Positions 1 to 10,858 of a stretch of DNA of 33,947 nt are shown one piece after another. The position numbers and the translations under genes are program-made. The DNA comes from Nitrospinota bacterium. Lineage in GTDB: Bacteria > JADFOP01. Location: assembly GCA_022562795.1 (NCBI GenBank), contig JADFOP010000021.1, forward strand, positions 1 to 33,947, written 5' to 3'. Each line of letters opens with the position of its first letter. The stretch's first letter is position 1. The notes beneath the pieces are model-generated. The model saw only the letters and a list, made by a program, of their open reading frames with translations, was not told where the DNA came from and did not search any database.

Positions 1-1076
1 TGCGCCATGCCGGCCTCTGGCGCAATCTTCGCGGGCGATTGTGCGGAGTTGAACATCTCCTCAAATACGGTTTTTGCCATATTCGAGCTCAGGGTCCCGG
101 ATTCGATCAGCTGAGACAACTCGCGGTAATGTTGCGGATGAATCTTGACGTCTTGAATGCGCGTTCCAGTTGCGTTGAGCAACCTCGACAACTCTCCCAA
201 TACCCAGTTGCTTACAAATTTGGCGAACTGCGCTTGCGGCTCCCGATCAAACCGGCTGTCGACGACTGCGGCTTCAAAGTGGTCTGCCATTTCCTTCGAG
301 GATGTCAATAGGCTGGCGTCGTATTCAGGCAATCTGAACTCCTCGACGAATCGATACATGCTCTTTGTAGCAAACTCACCAGGAGGTATCTTTTCGTAGA
401 CGAGTTTCTGCCAGCCCGTTAGACCTGACGGATCAGGGATAGTCGGTCTTGGCAGGCGATCCTCTTTTCTGCTGAGAGACGCTATCATCTTATTTGTAGA
501 CTTCGATGAAAGGGTTCTATCACGTGTCTTCCGCACATGACGGGTTAATTCTTCATATCCCTCGATATACGCTTCATTCGGCGTAAATAGCCCTTCCTGG
601 TATTTGAAATCGGCATATATGTCCCTCACCGCGTTGACCGTTTCAGAATCGTAGCGGTCTCTTATAATGACGTTTAACTCGATATTTTCTTTCAACCCGC
701 CCCCAGTTAAATTTGAAGAGCCAATGATAGCTGTCGCAAAGGAACCCCTTTTCAATAAGTAGAGCTTAGGATGAAAGGTGGGGCCAACATCTTTCAGCGG
801 GTCCCTGAAGCAAAAGAAAGACAACTTATCCGTCTCGCCTGCTGTTTCTCTCAGCCACCTCAAGGCCTTCCCATCGGTTATCGAGAAATCAAGTCCCAAA
901 AGGAACTCCAAATGGACGCCCCTTTCGAGACACCTCAACAGTTCCTTCTTAAGGAGCACTAGGCCAGAATGCTTAACAAAGGCCACGGCAAATCTGGCTT
1001 CGGTTGCTTTCCTCAACTCCGCCAGTAGAACATCGACGAGAGGCTGTTTAATGTTCTCTGAAAACAAATGTCTCAT
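1..1076 (-). CDS. PLD-family (HKD) nuclease plus the start of a DpnI-type winged-helix, continuing in frame into a GatB C-terminal-like segment; runs off the window end
   Basis: Absent from the ORF track (no stop in the window); translated manually. ATG at 1076 follows SD-like AGGTAGGTGA and the frame is open to position 1. Motifs: AVAFVKHSG, FHPKLYL, IIGSSNLTGGGLKENIELN (PLD nuclease); GWQKLVYEKIPPGEFATKSMYRF (start of a DpnI-like wH); RFVEEFRLPEYDASLLTSSKEMADHFE...VSNWVLGELSRLLN...GTLSSNMAKTVFEEMF (GatB-like). Confidence 0.8.
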   Translation of the reverse strand, partial: MRHLFSENIKQPLVDVLLAELRKATEARFAVAFVKHSGLVLLKKELLRCLERGVHLEFLLGLDFSITDGKALRWLRETAGETDKLSFFCFRDPLKDVGPTFHPKLYLLKRGSFATAIIGSSNLTGGGLKENIELNVIIRDRYDSETVNAVRDIYADFKYQEGLFTPNEAYIEGYEELTRHVRKTRDRTLSSKSTNKMIASLSRKEDRLPRPTIPDPSGLTGWQKLVYEKIPPGEFATKSMYRFVEEFRLPEYDASLLTSSKEMADHFEAAVVDSRFDREPQAQFAKFVSNWVLGELSRLLNATGTRIQDVKIHPQHYRELSQLIESGTLSSNMAKTVFEEMFNSAQSPAKIAPEAGMA

Positions 1077-1270
1077 TTCACCTACCTGCGGGCAAAGGGC
1101 CATGTCCCTCCCCTGCCCATAGCATGATGATCTCTCCTGATTTTAGGTAATCGAAAATGTTTTCTATAGAAGCTCCTGGTGCGTCTAATCCTCGAACCTT
1201 CGTCGAACCTAGGTCTGGATTAGTTTGCTCTCTTCCGCGTGGGGGTTCTCTCTGCTTCCTTCAGGCATTT

Positions 1271-1537
1271 TTATGCCTCCTTATCCAAAACTCCTTCTTC
1301 TATGCTAGGATCTACTCCATCCCATTTTATGTACAATAAGGCTATGACAGAGGGACTTATGTATCCGTTGGTCTTATCCAAGGTTTCTTCTAACCCACAA
1401 TCAAGGGATAGAAAATAGGAAGCTCTCCCCCCTGAGACCCAGCAAAGGATTTCTCCAGCCTTATCACTGGAGAAATATCCATTTCTTATACATCCTGCAG
1501 GGATTTTGTAACAGAAGGGAATTTCGGGGTGGTTCAC
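1271..1537 (-). CDS. hypothetical protein (88 aa)
   Basis: GTG start preceded by purine-rich GAGAGGAACG; same orientation as the PLD gene; no recognisable motif. Confidence 0.4.
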   Translation of the reverse strand: MNHPEIPFCYKIPAGCIRNGYFSSDKAGEILCWVSGGRASYFLSLDCGLEETLDKTNGYISPSVIALLYIKWDGVDPSIEEGVLDKEA

Positions 1538-1658
1538 TTTTTCGTTCCTCTCATTCGTTCCCTGGTTTTCGCTTCGAGAAGCTGAGGATTACGAGCGTAG
1601 ATCTCCTCAATACGCTAGTTATCGGACTTCCGGCCTGCGGAGGACACGAGGCCCCCCC

Positions 1659-2393
1659 CTACAGCTCCGGAGGCATGAGGTGTTGGGGCTTGAGGCCTCG
1701 GGTGAGGTCGCGGGCCAGGTCGGCGGCGGCCGCTCTCAGGGTGCGGCGAAGGGCGGCACGCATGACCTCTCCATTATTGGCCAACTCTTCAAGGTTGGCC
1801 CGGGCCCCGCCTGTCTCCACCAGCTCCCGCCTCCATATGAGCTTCTCTCCGCCTGAGGCGGACAGGTGCATCCGGCCCACCACCACGACCTCGGCCGAGA
1901 GCTTCCCTTCGGTTGCGTAAGTGAAACCCCACCGGTCCACCTCTAGATCGATGCGGGCATCGTACGGGCCGCCGGACCCCAAGGCCCCCTGCGCCCCGCG
2001 TCGCTCCACGCGGCGGAAGACCCTCGCCTGCCGGAGAGTCTCGACGAAGGAGGTGGTCATCTCCCCGGCGGGATCAAGCCCCAGCAAGTGGGGCCTAAGC
2101 TGCTCGGTCTCCTTTTCGTCTGCCCAGCTTCGGTACATGGTTAAGGGCATGAAGGTGTAGGGCGTCGCCCCCAGGAAGCTCCAGCGCCCTGGAGGATGGC
2201 GCCTGTGGTAGTAGGTTTCCATCGGGGGGAGGTCAGCCAAGGCCACCTCGACGGAGCGGATGGCCATCGGGCCGTGAAATGCAACCGGGCTGCTCGAGGC
2301 GCAGCCGCTTAAAATTAGGCTTGCGGCAAGCGCGGCCACCCCCCGGTAAATGCGGCCGGTCATCGGGTGGCGGAGGTTCGTCCTTCCTCTCAC
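1659..2393 (-). CDS. hypothetical lipoprotein (~244 aa)
   Basis: Hydrophobic stretch ending in lipobox LSGC. GTG at 2393 has GGAGG 7 nt upstream (alternative ATG at 2363). The track start at 2513 is probably too long. Confidence 0.7.
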   Translation of the reverse strand: MRGRTNLRHPMTGRIYRGVAALAASLILSGCASSSPVAFHGPMAIRSVEVALADLPPMETYYHRRHPPGRWSFLGATPYTFMPLTMYRSWADEKETEQLRPHLLGLDPAGEMTTSFVETLRQARVFRRVERRGAQGALGSGGPYDARIDLEVDRWGFTYATEGKLSAEVVVVGRMHLSASGGEKLIWRRELVETGGARANLEELANNGEVMRAALRRTLRAAAADLARDLTRGLKPQHLMPPEL

Positions 2394-2429
2394 AGGCCCA
2401 CCTCCATATAGGCAGGATGACTCCACTGC

Positions 2430-2439
2430 ATTATACACA
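2430..2439 (-). promoter_or_regulatory. extended -10 element (TGTGTATAAT) upstream of the lipoprotein gene
   Basis: Perfect TATAAT preceded by TGTG, ~37 nt upstream of the GTG start. Confidence 0.5.
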
Positions 2440-2579
2440 GAAAGAGGCTTCGGAAAGCGGGCTCTTTTGGGGGGAGGGCCTGAGTAAGGCCCATGTCTTG
2501 AATCCTGAAGCACTGAAATAGGCGGTTTGGATAATTTTGGAGGAGAAATACCCGTACAGGCTTCAGGGGCGCCAGAAAT

Positions 2580-4432
<1,853 letters not shown>

Positions 4433-4453
4433 TCAAAATTTCCCATTGTCATC

Positions 4454-5353
4454 CTACCCCTTCAAGGCGTCGGCGCCGCAGACGACCTCGATAATCTCAG
4501 TCGTAATGCCTGCCTGGCGAACCCGGTTGTACTGGAGGGTGAGGTGGGCGACCATCTCGACGGCGTTCTCCGTGGCGGCGTCCATGGCCGTCATTCGAGC
4601 CCCGTGCTCGCTTGCCTCGCTCTCAAGCAGCGCCCGCCAAATCTGTGTGTGGACGTGGCGCCTGAGCGCTGCGTCCAGCAGGGTCGCTGAGTCGGGCTCG
4701 TAAAGATAGTCTCCCCCGTGCTCGGCAGGGGCCTCAGACTCATTACCCTCTTCGTCCTCCTCTGTGTAGCGAACGGGCAGGAGCTCCCTGACGACAAGCC
4801 GTTGGCTGAGGGCGCTGCGAAACTCGTTGTAGACGAGGCGCACGCTCCGAACATCGCCCTCCGCGTATGCCTCAACAACCTCGTCTCCGATGCCACGGGC
4901 GTCGTCGAACGAGAGTTTTGCGAAAAGGCCTAGGTAATGACTCACTATCGGAAATGGCCTATGGCGAAAGAAATCGAAGGGCTTTTTTCCGATGATGAGT
5001 AGCTGGCCCAGCCCAGGCTCTCCTCCATCAAAGTTCGCCAGGTGAGTGAGCACAGCCCTGTGGATGTTGGTGTTAAAGGCCCCGCAAAGGCCCCGGTCGG
5101 CGCCCACAACGACGAGGAGCACGGGCCCGGCCTCCTTGGGGGTAAGCAAAGGATGGCTCTCAGGCTGCGTCCTCAAGGCCAGGCCCCTGGCAATTTCATC
5201 CATCCGCTTGGCCCAGGGTCGAGCCGAGATAATCGCCTCTTGCGCCCGCCTGAGCTTAGCCGCGGCCACCATCTTCATGGCCCTGGTAATCTGCTCGGTG
5301 CTTTTGACGCTACGTATTCGGCGCTTGATGTCGCGCAGGCCCGCTCCGGCCAT
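4454..5353 (-). CDS. atpG: ATP synthase F1 gamma subunit
   Basis: ITRAMKMVAAAK, DRGLCGAFN, SEHGARMTAMDAATENA, RQAGITTEIIEV. Confidence 0.99.
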   Translation of the reverse strand: MAGAGLRDIKRRIRSVKSTEQITRAMKMVAAAKLRRAQEAIISARPWAKRMDEIARGLALRTQPESHPLLTPKEAGPVLLVVVGADRGLCGAFNTNIHRAVLTHLANFDGGEPGLGQLLIIGKKPFDFFRHRPFPIVSHYLGLFAKLSFDDARGIGDEVVEAYAEGDVRSVRLVYNEFRSALSQRLVVRELLPVRYTEEDEEGNESEAPAEHGGDYLYEPDSATLLDAALRRHVHTQIWRALLESEASEHGARMTAMDAATENAVEMVAHLTLQYNRVRQAGITTEIIEVVCGADALKG

Positions 5354-5363
5354 AACTCGCTCC

Positions 5364-6953
5364 TCAGCTCGCGGCTTCCTCCTCGGTCCCGGGCGTGACC
5401 AGCGCCCCTTCGGCGTCCCCGGCCTCTTCCTCCACCATTCCGTGGCGGGCGACGAAGTCCTTCTTGAAAGCGCCGATGGCTTCCTTCAGCTCGGCCTCCG
5501 CCTCATCCGAAATTTCCTCTGTCTCGGCGATGCCCTTGAGCAGGCCGGGGTGGTGCTCGTCGAGGAAGCCGTAAAACTCCTCCTCAAAGGGCAGGCAGAG
5601 CTCCAAGGGAATGTCGTCTAGGTAGCCGTTGACGCCCACATATATGATCGCCACCTGGTTTTCCATCGAGAGGGGAGCGTACTGGTCCTGCTTTAGAACC
5701 TCCACCATGCGGGCCCCGCGGGCGAGCTGGGCTTGTGTGGCCTGGTCGAGCTCGCTTCCGAACTTGGCGAAGGCCTCCATCTCCCGATACTGAGCCAAAT
5801 CGAGCCGGAGTCGGCCGGCGACCTGCTTCATGGCCTTGGTTTGCGCCGCCCCCCCGACCCGGCTTACCGAGAGCCCGACGTTGATGGCCGGTCGAACACC
5901 CCCATAGAAGAGGTCGCTCTCTAAGTAAATCTGGCCGTCGGTGATGGAGATGACGTTGGTCGGGATATAGGCCGAAACGTCGCCAGCCTGGGTCTCAATC
6001 ACAGGCAGGGCCGTCAGGCTCCCGCCTCCGAACTCGTCGTTGAGCTTGGCGGCTCGCTCCAGCAGGCGGGAGTGAAGATAGAAGACGTCGCCAGGGTAGG
6101 CCTCCCGGCCGGGTGGCCTCCTTAAAAGCAGGCTCATCTGCCGGTAAGCGGCAGCGTGCTTGGAGAGATCATCGTATATAACAAGCGCGTGCATGGAGTT
6201 GTCGCGGAAGTACTCGCCCATCGCGCATCCGGCATAAGGAGCAACGAACTGAAGGGGTGCGGGCTCGCTGGCGTTGGCCGCGACCACGATAGTGTAATCC
6301 ATCGCACCATGCTCCTCCAAGGTGTGGACAACCTGGGCCACGGTGGAGGACTTCTGGCCGATGGCGACGTAGATGCAGTAGATGTCGGTGTCCTTCTGGT
6401 TGATAATCGCGTCAATCGCGAGGGCGGTCTTGCCCGTCTGCCGGTCGCCGATGATGAGCTCGCGCTGACCTCGACCGATGGGAATCATGGAGTCGATAGC
6501 CTTAAGGCCCGTCTGTACCGGCTCCTCCACCGGGAGTCTGTCGACCACGCCTGGCGCGAGGCGCTCAATAGGCAAGAACTTATCGGTCTCGACGGGACCT
6601 TTGCCGTCCAGGGGAGTCCCGAGCGGGCCGACGACCCGCCCGAGGAGAGCCTTGCCGACGGGCACCTCGACGATTCTCCGGGTGCGCTTTACATCGTCGC
6701 CCTCCTTGATGTCAGTGTCCGGGCCCATAAGGACCGCGCCCACGTTATCCTCTTCGAGGTTGAGCACCATCCCGTACACATCACCTGGGAACTCCAGCAG
6801 CTCCCCCGCCATGGCCTTCTCCAGCCCGTAAATCCGTGCGATACCGTCCCCCACGGCGATGACATGCCCGATCTCCTCGAGCTCCACCTCCAACTCATGT
6901 CCAGCGATGCGTCGCTTGATAATCTCGCTTATCTCTTCGGCTCGAATCTCCAT
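5364..6953 (-). CDS. atpA: ATP synthase F1 alpha subunit
   Basis: [32 protein letters not shown]; acidic C-terminal tail. Confidence 0.99.
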   Translation of the reverse strand: MEIRAEEISEIIKRRIAGHELEVELEEIGHVIAVGDGIARIYGLEKAMAGELLEFPGDVYGMVLNLEEDNVGAVLMGPDTDIKEGDDVKRTRRIVEVPVGKALLGRVVGPLGTPLDGKGPVETDKFLPIERLAPGVVDRLPVEEPVQTGLKAIDSMIPIGRGQRELIIGDRQTGKTALAIDAIINQKDTDIYCIYVAIGQKSSTVAQVVHTLEEHGAMDYTIVVAANASEPAPLQFVAPYAGCAMGEYFRDNSMHALVIYDDLSKHAAAYRQMSLLLRRPPGREAYPGDVFYLHSRLLERAAKLNDEFGGGSLTALPVIETQAGDVSAYIPTNVISITDGQIYLESDLFYGGVRPAINVGLSVSRVGGAAQTKAMKQVAGRLRLDLAQYREMEAFAKFGSELDQATQAQLARGARMVEVLKQDQYAPLSMENQVAIIYVGVNGYLDDIPLELCLPFEEEFYGFLDEHHPGLLKGIAETEEISDEAEAELKEAIGAFKKDFVARHGMVEEEAGDAEGALVTPGTEEEAAS

Positions 6954-6962
6954 CGCCTCTCC

Positions 6963-7508
6963 CTAGCCCCGCACCAACGACTCACGCATTGCGGCCAGTT
7001 GATGTCTGATGCTTCCGTCGAGCACCTGCCCCCCAATTCTCACGACGAGCCCGCCGATGAGAGCAGGATCGACAATGGTCTCCATCAAAATAGTCTTGCC
7101 CGTGGCTTTTTTAAGCTCGGCCGAAAGCTTCTTGATGTTGGTTTTTGTCAGAGGGGTGGCACTTCTTACGGTCACTTTCAGCCTTCCCATGCGCTCGTTG
7201 GCCATCTCCCCGAAGGTCTCTGCTATGGAACCTAAGTACCGAAGCCGCCCCTTCTCGAGCAACAGTTTCACAAAGGTAGACGAAAGGGCCGAGAGCTCGA
7301 CCCGCCCCAGAAGGTCCCCCATGATTTCTCCCTTGACATCGAGCCGGACCGATGGGCTATAGAGCAGGTGTCTGAGGTCCCGATGGCCATCAATGACAGC
7401 AGCCAGCCCTCGAAGCTCCGCATGCACGGCCTCGTAGTCCCCCTCCTGTTCGGTCACCGTCTCGACCATTGCCTTAGCGTAGCGTCGAGCCACGACGTTC
7501 CCAGTCAC
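6963..7508 (-). CDS. atpH: ATP synthase delta subunit
   Basis: VARRYAKA N-terminus; VDPALIGGLVVRIG...DGSI C-terminus. Confidence 0.97.
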   Translation of the reverse strand: MTGNVVARRYAKAMVETVTEQEGDYEAVHAELRGLAAVIDGHRDLRHLLYSPSVRLDVKGEIMGDLLGRVELSALSSTFVKLLLEKGRLRYLGSIAETFGEMANERMGRLKVTVRSATPLTKTNIKKLSAELKKATGKTILMETIVDPALIGGLVVRIGGQVLDGSIRHQLAAMRESLVRG

Positions 7509-8089
7509 TTAAGACCCTCCAGCTTCTCGACGGTCTCTTCAAAGAGCTTTCGGTGGTGCTTTTTTTTCACCCGTTCCTTAATTAGCCCCTCGGCAAGCTC
7601 CAAGGCCAGTAGGCTCGCCTCACGCTGAAGATCGGCCCGTGCCCGGTTGAGCTCAGATTCGATGCGCTCCTCGGCATCGTGAGCTACCCGCTCGGCAGTC
7701 GCCTCAGCGGCCTGAGTCAGTTCAACTCGCATCGACTCGATCCTGCGGTCTCTCTCAGCATCTATAACGGCTATGTCCTGCTCGACCTGAGCAATCTTGG
7801 CTTCGTACTCTGCCCGCCTCTCATCACCTTTAGCCTTTGATGCATTGGCCTCCTTTATAGCCTGGTCGATCTTAGCCCGCCTATCGTCGAAGAATTTAGG
7901 AACCCTATCCTTCAGCAACCACCAAAGCACCCCCACAACAACGAGGAAGTTTACGTACCTCAATGCTTCCTTCTTCCAATTAAAGGCATGATGGACGACC
8001 TCCGCTGCCATGGCGCCGGGAGCCATCACAAGCAGGATCGGCGCGGCTGCGAACAACGCGATGAGCAGAACCCGGCGACTCCGGCTCAC
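7505..8089 (-). CDS. atpF: ATP synthase F0 subunit b
   Basis: N-terminal signal-like extension, TM segment (VNFLVVVGVLWWLL), long coiled coil; lies before atpH. Confidence 0.92.
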   Translation of the reverse strand: MSRSRRVLLIALFAAAPILLVMAPGAMAAEVVHHAFNWKKEALRYVNFLVVVGVLWWLLKDRVPKFFDDRRAKIDQAIKEANASKAKGDERRAEYEAKIAQVEQDIAVIDAERDRRIESMRVELTQAAEATAERVAHDAEERIESELNRARADLQREASLLALELAEGLIKERVKKKHHRKLFEETVEKLEGLK

Positions 8090-8102
8090 GTCATCTCCTC
8101 CA

Positions 8103-8528
8103 TCATACTAACCGCCCGAGAACCTTTTCAGCGATTGCCTCTGCCAGGGCCTGTGCTTGGCCGCGAAGGTCCTCTCTTACGTTCTCGCCCGTCTCCCGGA
8201 TGGAGACCGTTGCGGCGGTGGTCGCCTCGCCGGCCCGCCGTTCCGCCTCGGCAAGGTGCCCGCGATGCCCTTCCTCGATAGCGACCTGCACCTCTGCGAA
8301 GCGAACATCTGCAGCACTCCTGGCTGCCGCCAGCAAATCGTGATACCGCTTTAGAGTCTCATCTGCCACGGTCTCAGCCGCTCGTCCCTCTTCCAGGGTT
8401 TGATCGATCATCGCTCTACGTCGAGCCATTAAGGCAATGACCGGCTTAAAAAGCAGGACGTTAAGAATAAACATGAGGACGATAAAATTAAGAAACTGAA
8501 TAAAGAAGGTGAAGTTAATATCAAGCAT
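8103..8528 (-). CDS. ATP synthase F0 subunit b'
   Basis: MLDINFTFFIQFLNFIVLMFILNVLLFKP...RR, C-terminal IAEKVLGR, typical of b'. Confidence 0.92.
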   Translation of the reverse strand: MLDINFTFFIQFLNFIVLMFILNVLLFKPVIALMARRRAMIDQTLEEGRAAETVADETLKRYHDLLAAARSAADVRFAEVQVAIEEGHRGHLAEAERRAGEATTAATVSIRETGENVREDLRGQAQALAEAIAEKVLGRLV

Positions 8529-8675
8529 TGTGCCCCGACCGTTAACCTACAAACCTGGACTAGCTACGGTAAAAAGCTAGCCCCATGATCAAGTGTTTAT
8601 GCTTAGAACAGGCCCCGTCCCTGGAACAGCCGGGGCAAGGCGAGCTTCGACTATCCCACTCAAAAAAGCGGCGCA

Positions 8676-8704
8676 TTTGTATCACACACACCCAGTGGTG
8701 TCAA
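8676..8704 (-). promoter_or_regulatory. sigma70-type promoter for the atp cluster
   Basis: TTGACA (8704-8699), 17-nt spacer ending in TGa, then TACAAA. Confidence 0.55.
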
Positions 8705-8728
8705 GGGATTTTCGCCCGACGGATAGAC

Positions 8729-9202
8729 TTATGGTCCGATATCGGCTTCCTCGGATTCTAGCATCTCCTCGACCGGTGTCTCGGCAACAGGAGAACCAGA
8801 GGTGATAGCTGAAAGAAGTGTTACCTTGTCTCCGGCCTGGGGCATCTCGCATGACCCGTGAAATATTGCTCCTTCAGAAATCATAAGCTGCGGTGTAGAG
8901 ATATTGCCCCTGAGCTCGCTCGTCTCGTGAAGCTCAATGCGTCCCGACGCCTTGACATTGCCACTGACCTGACCGCGGCACACAAGCACTCCCACGTTAA
9001 TCTCAGCATCCACCTCGGCATTCTCGCCGACGACGAGCGTATCTTGACTTATGACCTCACCAGAGACCTTACCATCAATCCGAATAGTGCCTTCAAAAGT
9101 CAGCGTACCGTTAAACTCCGTGCCCGTTCCAAGAAAGGCTGCAACTTCAGTATCAGCTTCGCCTTTATCCCGAACCTTCTTCTCCCCATAATCCGTTTCC
9201 AT
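8729..9202 (-). CDS. bactofilin (polymer-forming cytoskeletal protein, CcmA family)
   Basis: FLGTGTEFNGTLTFEGTIRIDGKVSGEV...GNISTPQLMISEGAIFHGSCEM beta-helix repeats. ATG 9202 has SD GGGAGGGAG (track start 9220). Confidence 0.92.
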   Translation of the reverse strand: METDYGEKKVRDKGEADTEVAAFLGTGTEFNGTLTFEGTIRIDGKVSGEVISQDTLVVGENAEVDAEINVGVLVCRGQVSGNVKASGRIELHETSELRGNISTPQLMISEGAIFHGSCEMPQAGDKVTLLSAITSGSPVAETPVEEMLESEEADIGP

Positions 9203-9222
9203 GATCTCCCTCCCTAACATAT

Positions 9223-10083
9223 TTATCCTCGGATTTTCGCTCGAAGACCTTCCAACTCCTCATCGGAAAAATAGTGAATTTCAACAACTCCACCCTTGCG
9301 CCGTGGTCGAATGACAACCCTTGTGCCAAGGTTGCGGGTAAACTCTTCTGCAATAGATTGGATAAAAACGTCATGCTGGCGATTTTGACGGCCCTTTTTA
9401 AAGCCACTCATCCTCCGTGCTCTCACCTCAGTAGCCCGAACCGAAAGACCCTCCCTTTGAATGGCCCGGCCAAGGGCTTTTTGGTCATCTGACCTCTCCA
9501 GCATTAGGATCGCCCGGGCGTGACCCGCGCTAATACCGCCAATTCCTATCTCCTCTTGAAGCTCGTCAGGTAATGTGAGTAGACGCAATGTATTGGACAC
9601 CGTAGACCGATCACGACCCACCCGCTTCCCGACCTCCTCCTGGCTAAGGCCGTAATTTTCAATTAATGTTATAAAAGCTCTAGCCTCTTCAATTGGACTG
9701 AGATCCTCCCGAAGTATGTTCTCCACCAAGGCAATTTCAAGGGCCTCTCCGTCATCCGCATCTCTCACTACGGCTGGGATCAACGACAGCCCAGCTTGGA
9801 GAGCTGCCCTTAACCGACGTTCTCCAGCAACAATTTCGTATGTTCCCTCCTCCATCGGACGAACCACGATAGGCTGAACAACACCATGGATACGGATAGA
9901 TGCCACCAGCTCCTCCATCGATTTATTGGTGAAACGGGCCCTAGGCTGATGCCGGTTGGGTTTTATCTGATGGATGGGGAGCTCTACGGGTGCCCTAGAC
10001 GTCTGGCCTGCCTCAACTATTTCCGCTTCCAATATATCGGGTATCAGGGCCGCTAGACCCCGCCCTAGAGGTTTGCGCTGCAT
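9223..10083 (-). CDS. parB: chromosome partitioning protein ParB
   Basis: LGRGLAALI N-terminal peptide, PNRHQPR, GERRLRA arginine patch, HTH (SQEEVGKRVGRDRSTVSNTLRLL). Confidence 0.97.
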   Translation of the reverse strand: MQRKPLGRGLAALIPDILEAEIVEAGQTSRAPVELPIHQIKPNRHQPRARFTNKSMEELVASIRIHGVVQPIVVRPMEEGTYEIVAGERRLRAALQAGLSLIPAVVRDADDGEALEIALVENILREDLSPIEEARAFITLIENYGLSQEEVGKRVGRDRSTVSNTLRLLTLPDELQEEIGIGGISAGHARAILMLERSDDQKALGRAIQREGLSVRATEVRARRMSGFKKGRQNRQHDVFIQSIAEEFTRNLGTRVVIRPRRKGGVVEIHYFSDEELEGLRAKIRG

Positions 10084-10837
10084 GGGCTAGCACCTCCTTG
10101 GTAAGATCGAGATATGCCTGCGCACCACGGCTTCGTGCATCGTAAAGAACCGCCGGTAGGCCGTGGCTCGGCGCTTCGCTAAGCCTGACATTACGTGGAA
10201 CTACGGTTTTAAAAACCCGACTCCCAAATAGTTCCCGCACCTCTCTAGCCACTTGATGGGCCACAGCCGTACGGCTATCAAACATTGTCAAGACAATCCC
10301 CTCAATAACTAGGGAGGGATTAAAGGCATTCCTCACAAGGTTGACCGTTTTTAATAATTGTGAAAGTCCTTCAAGGGGATAGTATTCACATTGTAATGGG
10401 ATGAGCACGCTGTCTGCAGCCGCCAAGGCATTGATTGTAAGTAACCCGAGTGATGGTGGGTTGTCGATGAGGATGAACTCGTAGGTATTCCTAAGCGGTT
10501 CCAATGCCATCCGAAGCCGGGCCTCCCGATCTTCAACGCCCACAAGCTCTATCTCGGCCCCAATGAGATCTATTGTGGACGGGAGGACCTCCAGGTGGGA
10601 CAGCTTTGTCGGCTGAATGGCCCCAGCCGTATCGCCGTTGTCTAAAAGAGCGTTATATACGGTCTTGGTTAGTCGAGAGCGGTCCACCCCAAGGCCGCTG
10701 CCTGCGTTTCCCTGTGGGTCAAGGTCTATTAGGAGGGTCCTCCTTTCGTTGATAGCGAGGCCGGCACCGAGGTTGACGGCGGTCGTGGTTTTGCCCACGC
10801 CCCCCTTCTGATTAGCTATGGCGATAATTTTGCCCAC
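10013..10837 (-). CDS. parA: chromosome partitioning ATPase ParA/Soj
   Basis: ANQKGGVGKTTT deviant Walker A, DLDPQGNA, PRNVRLSEAPSHG. Confidence 0.97.
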   Translation of the reverse strand: MGKIIAIANQKGGVGKTTTAVNLGAGLAINERRTLLIDLDPQGNAGSGLGVDRSRLTKTVYNALLDNGDTAGAIQPTKLSHLEVLPSTIDLIGAEIELVGVEDREARLRMALEPLRNTYEFILIDNPPSLGLLTINALAAADSVLIPLQCEYYPLEGLSQLLKTVNLVRNAFNPSLVIEGIVLTMFDSRTAVAHQVAREVRELFGSRVFKTVVPRNVRLSEAPSHGLPAVLYDARSRGAQAYLDLTKEVLAHAAQTSRAGSSGPDTRYIGSGNS

Positions 10838-10858
10838 TTAATCCTCGACAGCTATCCC

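Noticed and set aside
39..1339. Plus-strand ORFs at the left end
   Set aside because: Antisense to the motif-bearing PLD/GatB-like frame or the 88-aa ORF; no coding evidence.
10187..10202. parS-like GTTCCACGT inside parA
   Set aside because: Only a half-site, explained by the conserved VPRNV codons.
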